A DNA stretch of 54,695 nt, from IMG/VR virus record IMGVR_UViG_3300024268_000027. The stretch is one strand, 5' to 3'. A model generated the notes under the pieces. That model was given only the letters and a program-made list of their open reading frames with translations. It was not told where the DNA came from and made no database searches. Positions 38,233 through 48,500 of this stretch are shown one piece after another (the stretch's first letter is position 1; each line of letters opens with the position of its first letter). Both the position numbers and the translations under genes were made by a program. This stretch comes from an uncultured virus (IMG/VR IMGVR_UViG_3300024268_000027) (Duplodnaviria; Heunggongvirae; Uroviricota; Caudoviricetes).

Positions 38233-40287
38233 TCACCAAATAATGATTCCGTCTGATACAAGAGGACTATAAACAGGCTGCGCTATTCCGAGTCCAAAAT
38301 CAGTGTGAACATTTTCTTGTGTTTCTTGTTTTGTAACTGTTGGTTTTACAGGATCCAACAGTTTCTGCATTTCAGCTTCAAAGTCAACAGCTAACTGATG
38401 AACAGCGCTGTCGTAACTCTCTCCCCCGCTTACAGCAGTCATTGTTTCTATATTTTCACCGTAATCGTAATCAAACTCATCAGCGTTACGAGACGCATTC
38501 CAAACTGAACCGCAAACTGCGTCAGCAGCGTCCTTACTGTTGATGCCCAAAGGACTATGATCAATGCGACCGTTACTACTGTTCTTTTCAAGGCCAAGTA
38601 ACTCTTCTGTTAACAGCGCTGATTCGTACATTACGATTCGTTTTTCATAGATTGTATTTTTTAGATATTGATAAGGCTCACAAACCTTACTTGTTGGAGA
38701 CACTCTATCAACTGAGATTGTTTCAAAATCATATCCTTTTGAAATCAACTGTTGTTTAAGATCCGCACTTTGATAAGTATCACTAGACACGCCACGAATA
38801 ACAAATCCTTGTTCTTTTAACCAGTAGATAAACTGTCTATTCTTTTCAAAAGAAACTTGATAACCTTTCGGCGCTTTTACTGAAACAGAAAAAGCCAGTT
38901 GATAGTGAAGTTCTTTTGATTTAGGCTCGCCATCTGCAGCGGGACGTTTATCTGCTATCCAAGTTCCAGCTATACCAGTTTTGTCTCCTGACACTGACAT
39001 ATCAAGATGTATATACAAGGGCTTTGACTTCATCTTGGCTGGAATTCTTGCAAGATCAAAATAATTGTAGTATTGAGTATGATCATCAGGAGCGTTACCG
39101 CATTCAATAATATCTTTCGTGAATGCATTCTGATAACTGTCTGTCTTTGTTTCTGCAAGACGAGAGCCACTAATATAAGTTAGTAAATCGCTTGAAGACA
39201 CTCCCGCGTAGTCACAAAGTGCTCTGTCGATTTCCTCCAAGAATTTTGAGTAATACTCAATCGGAACATCAAGAATTCTATATCCTTTGTTTCTCCAAAC
39301 AGACAGATCATCTTCTTCAATGTCTAATGGAAGTACTTCAGAGTTAAGAAACCTGTTACCTTGAGCAACATAGAATCGTTTACCTGAGTACTCACTTGGT
39401 GGTCGAACATTCCATACAGGCTCGTCCACAATCAATGTATTCATGTTGTCAGTTTTTGACTTCTTTTTGATATGCTCTTCCATGAACGACTTCTCTGATC
39501 TTTTCGAAGAAGCTAGAACAAGCAGTGTTGGATTCTTACCCTTGTTTGTAAAACGTGTCATCATACCACCAATGGCGGTATCAATCATATCAAGTGCTTT
39601 TCTTTTCTGAATTTCAACATCTTGATTTCGTATGAAAGAAATTTCATCAAAGAATGCATAGTATACAGCTTGACCAATAACATCGCTCGATTGAGAACCG
39701 ATTATTATATTTATAAATGGAGGTGGATTCCACTTCTTAACTTTCAGTCCAGACATTGTTCCCCTATCCATAAACCACGGAGAGCATTGAACAGTGTTCT
39801 GAAATTTAACCATACCGATATCAAGCGCTAGATCCTGAGTAATGTTCATGAATGCAAATGCAACTTGTTCAGTAGGTTTTAAGTTTAGAGTTAGATAAGG
39901 ATCTTTCAAACACATCAATCGATGCATCAGGTACAAAGAAATTGCAACTGCGATTTCTGATTTGCCTAAACCACGAGCACCTGACTCAATGAATGTGTTG
40001 TAATCAGTACTAATATTATCTGGAAAGAGCTCTTGTAATTTCCTTTCCCAGAACGGAAACAATTTACACTTACCATCAGACAAGTGCCAGGCCCTTCCAA
40101 GGTATCTATTATCTTTGATAAATGTTACAATATCAACAGGAATCTCTTTATAATCAGCATACTTCAATTCATCAAATAATTGAGCTGATCCTTGTGAGTA
40201 TTCTTCAAGGACTTTAAGAGCATATTCACGCTCTTCTTGTGATAATGAATCAAGAGCTGATAAGTCCAAGTTATTATTTGCTACCAT
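38233..40287 (-). CDS. terL: Terminase large subunit
   Basis: SGARGLGKS (Walker A), FFDEIS (Walker B), IHLDMSVSGDKTG and KDAADAVCG RNase H-like nuclease motifs; adjacent to portal. Confidence 0.92.
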   Translation of the reverse strand: MVANNNLDLSALDSLSQEEREYALKVLEEYSQGSAQLFDELKYADYKEIPVDIVTFIKDNRYLGRAWHLSDGKCKLFPFWERKLQELFPDNISTDYNTFIESGARGLGKSEIAVAISLYLMHRLMCLKDPYLTLNLKPTEQVAFAFMNITQDLALDIGMVKFQNTVQCSPWFMDRGTMSGLKVKKWNPPPFINIIIGSQSSDVIGQAVYYAFFDEISFIRNQDVEIQKRKALDMIDTAIGGMMTRFTNKGKNPTLLVLASSKRSEKSFMEEHIKKKSKTDNMNTLIVDEPVWNVRPPSEYSGKRFYVAQGNRFLNSEVLPLDIEEDDLSVWRNKGYRILDVPIEYYSKFLEEIDRALCDYAGVSSSDLLTYISGSRLAETKTDSYQNAFTKDIIECGNAPDDHTQYYNYFDLARIPAKMKSKPLYIHLDMSVSGDKTGIAGTWIADKRPAADGEPKSKELHYQLAFSVSVKAPKGYQVSFEKNRQFIYWLKEQGFVIRGVSSDTYQSADLKQQLISKGYDFETISVDRVSPTSKVCEPYQYLKNTIYEKRIVMYESALLTEELLGLEKNSSNGRIDHSPLGINSKDAADAVCGSVWNASRNADEFDYDYGENIETMTAVSGGESYDSAVHQLAVDFEAEMQKLLDPVKPTVTKQETQENVHTDFGLGIAQPVYSPLVSDGIIIW

Positions 40288-40305
40288 CAGTACTCCTTGT
40301 GGTTA

Positions 40306-41130
40306 TCATTTTAGATATTTGGCAAGAAATGCATCAATGTCGCCATCAAGCTCAATATCATCAAGATCGTCTTCATCCCAACCCTTTTCAACAAAATGAA
40401 TATCTTCTTTCGGGAAGGAATATTCTATATCAAGAACTTTGACTACACACTCATTGTTCTTTTCTGTTAGTTGGAAGTCTACAGGTTTCTTAACTTCATC
40501 AATGAATTCAAAAGTTCTATCTAAACTGAATTCTAACTGAGTTCTTAGATCTTCTATATCAGTGAAGTTGTACTGTAAAGCATCCTTAACTCCCTTTCGG
40601 ATAGCAGACTCAATCTCGAAATCAAACTTTGCTTTAACTTCTTTCTGATGCCTTGCTTCATCCGCCCAGTGTATAACAAGGACTGGATGTTTAGGGCTAT
40701 CCCATCCAAGTAGCTCTCCAGCAACATACATTCTGTGAAGACCTTCTTGGCCACCTTCTGCATAGTTGATGTATGGAAGAGGAAATCTTCTTCTATATAT
40801 CTGGATTACTTGTTTTAGATGTTCAAGAGTACTTTTATCTGCAGCTCGTTGATCTTTCAATGATTGTGCTGTCACTTTGCGTCGTCCAAAAGCATGTTCA
40901 CCGCACTCTTTGTAGTACTCATTCGGACTCATGTAAACAATTGAACCAACAAGATTCTTCTTATCTCGCAAGTAATCTAATTCTGAAGTCCCAAGAAATT
41001 GATCGTAGAAGGAAACTCCCGTTGTATTCTCATCGAAAATATTAGATCCCGATACGGATTGCGTTCTGTAATCATAGAACTTTTGTTCTGCATCAAGATA
41101 TCCTTCAAACATATCGTCTGTGTACTTCAT
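40306..41130 (-). CDS. ParB/Srx-like domain protein; start revised to MKYTDD
   Basis: PYINY...QEGLHRMYVAGELLG...HPVLVI resembles the ParB-N GxHR motif; the longer ORF-track N-terminus overlaps a terminator and the promoter motif. Confidence 0.5.
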   Translation of the reverse strand: MKYTDDMFEGYLDAEQKFYDYRTQSVSGSNIFDENTTGVSFYDQFLGTSELDYLRDKKNLVGSIVYMSPNEYYKECGEHAFGRRKVTAQSLKDQRAADKSTLEHLKQVIQIYRRRFPLPYINYAEGGQEGLHRMYVAGELLGWDSPKHPVLVIHWADEARHQKEVKAKFDFEIESAIRKGVKDALQYNFTDIEDLRTQLEFSLDRTFEFIDEVKKPVDFQLTEKNNECVVKVLDIEYSFPKEDIHFVEKGWDEDDLDDIELDGDIDAFLAKYLK

Positions 41131-41160
41131 AACATAGTATTCCTTAATGGTAATTATATT

Positions 41161-41171
41161 ATTATATACAA
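41161..41171 (-). promoter_or_regulatory. Motif TTGTATATAAT upstream of the ParB-like/terminase/portal operon
   Basis: Exact 11-mer 6 nt downstream of a terminator hairpin. Confidence 0.6.
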
Positions 41172-41177
41172 GTAAAC

Positions 41178-41216
41178 ATAAAAATAACACGAGAAAATAT
41201 CTCGTGTTATTTTTAT
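41178..41216. terminator. Intrinsic terminator (probably bidirectional) ending the fibre cluster
   Basis: 17-bp inverted repeat ATAAAAATAACACGAGA/TCTCGTGTTATTTTTAT. Confidence 0.85.
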
Positions 41217-41498
41217 TCAAGTTGTTTTCAATTTTATCTTTAATGTTCCTGTTGTAGAATCAAAACTTGTTGTAAGTAGTTTTGGTTCAATCTGCTCAAT
41301 TGCATTATTCAGCTCAGCGAATCTTGCATCATTTCCTGCAATTGAATCTTTCCATTCAGGCAGCTTTGTTTGAAGTTCTGTCCAAGCCTGCATATTATCA
41401 TAAAGATTATCAATGGCTCGATCCATCTTGTTCAAATTTTCAGCACTAAGTGGAGTTATGTTATTTTCCCAGTTTATAGGATCATATCCATTTGCCAT
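41217..41498 (-). CDS. Small virion protein with fibre/baseplate attachment-like N-terminus
   Basis: WENNITPLSAENLNKMDRAI motif typical of phage fibre/RBP N-termini, then coiled coil. Confidence 0.6.
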   Translation of the reverse strand: MANGYDPINWENNITPLSAENLNKMDRAIDNLYDNMQAWTELQTKLPEWKDSIAGNDARFAELNNAIEQIEPKLLTTSFDSTTGTLKIKLKTT

Positions 41499-41510
41499 GT
41501 ATAGCTCTCC

Positions 41511-41795
41511 TTAATAATCTTTGATATTTCCTGCATTCAAGTAAACAACATCGTCATTTAAGGATCCAAAGAACTTAGCTGCAAATGCATCTATTGTTGT
41601 TTCATGAACAAAAGGAAGATTCTTAACATCTGTTAATCCATCTCCTACTTTGAATCTTGAATAAGAATAAGTTGTGTCTGGATCATAAACAATAATCTCA
41701 CCAGCCCTCGGAATGAAATTAAATGTTCTATTCCAATTTGCTTCTATATCATGAATGTTTACTAATCTAGCAAAAAGTGTGTTGTTATTAGCCAA
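41511..41795 (-). CDS. Minimal Mtd_N-like domain protein (fibre adaptor)
   Basis: NW...FIPRAGEIIVY...RFKVGDG...LPF; C-terminal YLNAGNI. Confidence 0.7.
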   Translation of the reverse strand: MANNNTLFARLVNIHDIEANWNRTFNFIPRAGEIIVYDPDTTYSYSRFKVGDGLTDVKNLPFVHETTIDAFAAKFFGSLNDDVVYLNAGNIKDY

Positions 41796-42504
41796 TGTGT
41801 TGCTCCTTTGCCAGTTGTCTCAACTCAGGCGTCATAGGAAGATCCTCTAGAGATATTCCGTAGAACACTTCATTTATCTGATCACGATTGTACATGTTGT
41901 AAACACAATGTTTGAGAAGATTAAAGTATGTTGTGTGATATTTTCTATGAGAATCAGCAGATTTAATAAGTTTCAGTATATCTGTTGATCTATAAAGCTC
42001 GGAAACCTTTCCTGTTTCATGATACAGAACAGCTAAACTTCCTGATTGAATTTCCTTTTCGAGAAGCTGCAAATTCAACTGATCTTCAAGTGTCAATCTA
42101 AAATGATGTGCTACATTATCTGAAAATAACACACTGACGCCGTTTTCAATAGCATTCTTACAAGCTAAGGACAGCTCGTTGATCTTGTTGTTTCTTGCAT
42201 CAACAATCAATGTTGTTTCGGCATCAATAGAATGCTTACCATGAAGCAGAGTACTTAATCGTTCAAACTCTGCCTCGGTTACTGGTATAAGTTTTACAAC
42301 TTTATTTGGAAGCACTTGAGGGAGTTTTGCTCCCTCAAGTGTATAAACTGTTTTACCAGTTGAACTATATATTCCATGAGCACTCGTTTTATCTGTTAAA
42401 ACAAATTTCTTTGACTTATTGAGCCAACGAACATATTTAACAGTTTCAAGTAAGTCAACAACTATTCCATCTGTAACTACTTTATACATGTACATACTCC
42501 TCAT
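41788..42504 (-). CDS. Tail fibre assembly-like protein (DUF4376-like C-terminal domain)
   Basis: ARNNKINELSLACKNAIENG...FRLTLEDQLNL...YHTTYFNLLK; directly follows the giant fibre gene. Confidence 0.6.
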   Translation of the reverse strand: MRSMYMYKVVTDGIVVDLLETVKYVRWLNKSKKFVLTDKTSAHGIYSSTGKTVYTLEGAKLPQVLPNKVVKLIPVTEAEFERLSTLLHGKHSIDAETTLIVDARNNKINELSLACKNAIENGVSVLFSDNVAHHFRLTLEDQLNLQLLEKEIQSGSLAVLYHETGKVSELYRSTDILKLIKSADSHRKYHTTYFNLLKHCVYNMYNRDQINEVFYGISLEDLPMTPELRQLAKEQHIG

Positions 42505-45500
42505 GAATTATACTTGATAGTTGCATTTGTAGCTCCCCAAGGTGCTCCAACAACTTTGTTTTCTTCCCAAGGAACAATGATTTCCGTCAAAGCAGCACAA
42601 CTTGCAAAGGCGTCATCAGAAATTGTTGGAAGATCTTCAACATTACGGAAGTCAACTGTTGTTAACTTTTCACAACTAGAGAATGCTTTAGCTCCAATGT
42701 TTGTCAACTTAGACGGCATTGTAAGAGTTTCTGTAACTTTGTTATATGAGAATGCATTCGTTCCGATCGAAGTAACTGAATCAGGAAGATTGATATCTAA
42801 GTTATAACAAGAGTAGAATGCTTGAGCACGAATGTTTGTTACATTACCACGGAAAGCAATAGATGTCAAGTTAGTGCACTCGTAGAAGCACTCACTTGGA
42901 ATTTCACTTACGGTTGAAGGAACTACAACAGACATCAGATTTGTACACCCTTTGAATGCTGATGAATCAAAAGAAGTTACAGATTCAGGAATAATACTTG
43001 TTTTACATCCTTGAATCAGTTGCTTACTAACTTTATCAATCAAACAGTTATCAATAGATACGTACTGAGCATTGTTACTATCAACAATGATTGTTTCCAG
43101 TTCAGGACAACTTGCAAACAAACTAGATCCAATAGAGGATACCGTACTAGGAATTGTTACTTTTTTAAGTCTCTTCCATTCTACAAATACTGAATCACCT
43201 AAAGTTGTTAGACCTTCGGGAAGTACCAGCTCAGTTATCTTAGAATTGTTACGGAATGCGTAACTTTTTATCTTCTTGATAGAGCTTGGAAGCTCAAGTT
43301 TTTCAAGAGACACACGAGCAAACGCATATTCACCGATTTCCGCACAAACAGGGGTGTCTTCAAACTCAATTCTTATAACAGTATTCTCATTAGTATTTCC
43401 TTGAGAGAACATTGAAGCAGGAATTACTTCAACTTTGTTTCCAATTCTAACAACGAATCCCTTACTTGAAACACAACCATTGAAAGGACCTTGCGAGATA
43501 TAACCGTTATATGTTCCTGCAGTTGCTTCAACTGCATTGTAGTTAACTTTATCAAGAGTTGTACAATTATAGAATGCTCTCGATCCAATATAGTTAACAC
43601 TTGTTGGAATATCAATTTCTGATAACTTTGTACAATCACTGAATGTGTTTGCAGAAATTGTTTGTAATGTATTCGGAAGATCAACAAGCTCCACAACTGA
43701 CTGATTGAATCCCGCGACTGAAGTCGTACTGTAACTCGCACTCTCAACTGTAAATGTTTCAGGAACTTTAACAAGAGGGTGAACAGCATTGTAAGCTGTA
43801 ATACTTAACGTCTTGTTTGTTGAATCAACTGACTTATCAAAGTCCGCCAGTCCTAGTGTATGCCAACCACCTTCTTCGACAATCTGGAATTGAGCATAAC
43901 ATTTCAATGGACCAGTAATATTAACAGGCTCTGGATACCAAGATCTAAAATCATAGAGTTCAGGGTATGCAGTATCTAATTTTTCTGGATCTTCACCAGG
44001 ATATGCTGCATCACCACCATACGGAGTTGAAACAGTTGCAAGAAGAATGTTGTCGTTATAGAAATCAACATCGTACTGCTTAACGGTTTTTACAAATGCA
44101 ACATAAACAGTTCTATCAGCTCTTATATTGAGAAGAGCATCAGGATCAGGATCTCCATCAAGGCTTCTTGACCATCCGCCCCAAGTATAAGTATACTGTT
44201 CGTTTCCAGTTCTTGTTGGAGTAGGAATTCTACCAGCAGTTATAGGACAAGTTCCTGTTCCGCCAACATTGTTAGAACAAGTAATTTCTTGTACTTCATA
44301 TGTTCCACCTGCAAGATCTTTCAATGTTAATTTTGCAGTTAGAGTTCCGAATGAGATTTCGAGATATGGGTAGATGCTATTTATTTCAGCCATTTCTTCA
44401 CCAGTAAGTGTTTCAATATAACACTTACCTGTAAGATATGCATGGTCTGTATTAACATTGAGCTTGTCGCTACCCTTAACGGAATACAGCGACTTCAAGA
44501 AAGTAACATCGGGAACTGTCCAATCCACATCAGTCAATCTGACACGATCAACCGTCCAGTTACCCTCATCATCTCTACAGTTCTCAAGTAACCGACGAGT
44601 ATCAAGACCTGGACAGTTTTCAATAAATAGCTGTTTAATCTTTGACCAATCGTCAATCTTCAAGTTAGGAACAGGATGTTCTTCAGATGTCTCGTCAGTA
44701 AGATATATCTGATTCTTAATAGTTAAAGATGTTAGTGTACTTGGGGCATGTAGAACTCTTAAGTAACCTGAATCAGGCAACTGAATATTCTGTAAGTTTG
44801 TTCCTTCTGCATAGATTTCTTCGATGTTAGGACAGTTTGAAACATCAAGTGTTAACTGAGGAGTGCCGTTTCCGTGATCCAGTCCGAGACCAGTACAGTT
44901 TGTAACATCAATCTTTTTCAAGAGCTTGTTACTACCGATACTTAATTCACGGAAATTATCATTTTTGTAACCGCTCGTGTGATTACCAATAATCAGATCA
45001 GTTAATTTCTTGCAAGAGGAAACATTTATAACACCACAATACAGAGGAGATAGATCTCCAAGTGAAGATATCTCACTAGCACCATAGATACCGGTTTCTG
45101 TATCGTTGAATATTTCTTTCGGATTTGGAGGAGAGAATTTATGTGACTCTCCAGCCATAAGTTTTTGACTCTGGAATGTACCATTAGCCTTGTACTTGAC
45201 TCCTGCGTACATTGAGGAGAATGTTTTTACTGTAATACTTGGATCCGGAGTAACAACAAGCGGATCTCCGAGAACTTCAATGTTTGTACTAACTCCATTG
45301 ATATGCCAAATCTTATCGACAATTTCTGGAGCAATTATTGCGTTATCTTCATCGAAAGTAACAGCTAATCCAGTATCTACATCTTCAGTTCCGTTGTTAA
45401 TCAACCAGTTACTTGTGATTTCAATTGTACCGTCATCATTCTTTGTTGATGTATACTTAGGAGTGTTACCTCCAACGACTTGTGGTGTGTAGATACGAAG

Positions 45501-48500
45501 GAACGCATAATCTGATGGATAGTCACCACAGTTCCACTTACTATCACAGTACATGATTCTGTTTTCAACAAAGTACTTGAAATGATGCTCAGCTGATCCT
45601 TTAACTTGATACAAGTTTGCTGTATCAACGCCTTTTTCAGGATCTGCATTTTCAGGACGAGCCATTGTAATGTACTTGTATTCGGCATCCTCATTGTAGA
45701 GAGAAGCACTCCATTGTTCAGCGCCTTGAGTGATGAATCTATCTACAAGTTTATCATATGTTATCTTCTTGTCACTACGCAATGATGCGTACATTGCTGC
45801 AATCCTTTGTGGGAAGCATACTCTAAAGTTGTTCCACAAGATGCTGTTTTGACCATTGTAAACATTGGAAGTACCAATCTTATCTGTATCCTCGTGATAG
45901 TAATCAAATACACGAGCACCTTCGTTATTGATGCCAAAAGAAGTATCATTATCGTACAGATATGGATACCAACGACCTTGACCATTTGTTTCCCAGTATG
46001 TTAAGAACATATTCTTTGCTCTCTGGTCAGTCATCAACGCAAAGAATGTGAATACATAGTACACAGTTGAATAGTGCATATTGAAATAGTTTTCAAATTC
46101 GTATTCAAACTTAGCTAATCTATATTCTTTATTGTCCTTGTAATATGTTTTTCCACCATAGATAACTGGTTCGGGAAGATCAGCAGCGTTGGTAAAATCA
46201 ATATCAGTAACGCCACCTAGAACAACATTACCATCGTCATCCTGTGTTTCAACCGGAGCAACAGTTGCAGTACTTAGCACCCAATCGTGCATTTCTTTGA
46301 ATCTTGCAATAGTATCTCTATTCAACTCCGCAAGTTCACTCAGTTCTGCTTCAGAAAGAGCCTTACCATCCTGAGCAAGAGCTTTCTGCTTTTCACGAAG
46401 TTCTTCAATTCTGTCCCAACAGTTTACTTGTTCTTCTTCGCCTTCATCATTGATTACAGTTGTAGTTTTTCCTGTATAACGAGGCTCAAAATCATCCTTC
46501 CAATCGTCAGGAATTTCTCCCAAGAAGTTACAAGAGTTAGAAGTGTTGTTGCAGAATTCCCAACACTCTGTATCAAATGCAGAACTAAAACCGAATGCAT
46601 TTTCAGCGCCCTTATCAAAGTTGAAGTTTGCTTTTGAAGAGAATACCGGTTCTGAATCTGCGGTTTCTTGCTCAAATATAACACAAGGAAATCCAGCTAT
46701 TGTAGTTCTAACACGAGGTTCTATTGCTTGAGGTGGAATCTTTTCAGAATAAAGTGTTTCTGCAAAGTTTGCAACTTGAGTATTGTGAGTACCTGTTGCT
46801 TCTGCATAGTCAACTTTTAAGCAGAATACTTTTGCAGGAACTTGATCGACCATATGTTGATGTTCAACATTATGTTTTGTCTTCCAGTTTTTACGAACAT
46901 AGAACTGAGAAGAAGTACCCTGTACGTCAATTTCCTTGAGTAGCTCAGTAAAGTTTAATTCCGGATGATCTGGATGTATAAACACCATTGTAACAGAATT
47001 CTTTTTCTTATCACCCTTAAATGTTGGCATAGATCCAATAAACAAAACTGTAGGAATCTTTGTCTTAACTTTATCGTAACTAACCTTACCGTCTTCGAAG
47101 ATATCGTTATCTTCGAACAGTTCTTGTTTCAGTACAGGAAGTGTTGTGTCTGCAATGTAGTTCTGAACAATTTCATCCGAAGATAATTCATAATCATAAA
47201 CACGGATGTTATAGATATCAATACCACAAAGTTCAGATCCAATATGGATTGTTTTTGCTGTAGTTTGCTCAAAGTTACCATTTTCAGGATATTGAGCAAT
47301 GTTTGATAAGATGCCGTCAATATAAGTACAGATGAATCTAGTTCCATTGTTAACCATACCGACAGTGAAGCTGACTCTAATGTGTTCATTTTCACGATAT
47401 GTGCAGTTAACTTTTGCTCCAGTGCCGGATAATGTAGCTGTATCAGCTGTTACTTGTAATCCGATGTTGCCATCTGTACAATCAATAACAACAGCTTCTC
47501 TATCATTAACATCTCTAATAGCAAACTCAAGCTCAATGGTTTTACCCATTTCACGGAAGTCTCTATCAAACAATTTGTAGTCAATATCGATATTAGCGTC
47601 ACCATTTAGACGCAAACAAGTATCGAGATTTTCATCGACAACCCAACCATTACTTACCCAGTTAAAGTTGTTAAAAGTTGTAGTTATATCGTTGTAAGTC
47701 CAATGAGCAGGACTTGGACGCTCATCATTAGATCTACCTACTGCGGAAAGCTGTAATGCTAAACTTGCAGTTACTGGATCAATATCAATATCTGATTTTT
47801 CGACAAGTATAGTGTGAGTTTTAGAAACAGTATACTTTTCATCGGTATAGGTGATTTTGAATCTAACTGTTCCTGTAGGATATTGACGAACATTCCAATA
47901 ATGTAGTGAACGATCTACATTCAGCTCAATAGGTGTTCCGTAAGCTTTCTCCTCACCACTTATCATCTCATAGATGCTCAATGTGATATCAGCTGAATCT
48001 TTTCCAGGAACATACACACAATAAGGAATAGAAATAATGTTGCCCTGTTTTATCTCAGTTGTTGGATAAACAGACGCAATTAAAGGAGTCTCTACTCCCG
48101 CTTCAACACACATGATGTCATAAACAAGATGATTACTTGTTATTGTTTGATCATTCAGAGTGGCTGTTATGTAAACATCAAGTGAGTGAGATCCGTGAGA
48201 TTGTAGAGGTAGTTCTTGAGTCATTGATCTACCAGAGGCAGAAACATTTTTATATGCAACTTCCTTACCGTCAATCAAGAAATGAACAGTCTTATCAATT
48301 TCACCAGTAGGAACATACTGGAAGATAATTGCATCATCAAAAGGACGACTTGAATCAAATGTCGAGGAGATTCTAAGATCAATAACAGTACATGTATAAG
48401 CTAGACTCCTACTATTTCCGTATATATCACTACATGTTACACGAACAGTATTTGATCCAGCCTTCAAAAGATCAGAAACATCGATAACTTGTGCACCCTG

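Noticed and set aside
39009..39019. Motif-like TTGTATATAC in terL, TTGTATATAT near 53552 and TTGTATAAA near 6519
   Set aside because: Inside coding sequence, imperfect, and explained by Leu/Val-Tyr-Ile/Lys codons
41131..41220. Hydrophobic, signal-like N-terminal extension of ORF 40306-41220
   Set aside because: It is the translation of a terminator hairpin and the promoter motif; an SD-supported ATG lies at 41130
42501..43800. Diversity-generating retroelement target, suggested by Mtd-like domains and an adhesin C-terminus
   Set aside because: Only the Mtd N-terminal domain is present; no reverse transcriptase, C-type-lectin variable region or adenine-specific TR/VR repeat pair was seen in the window
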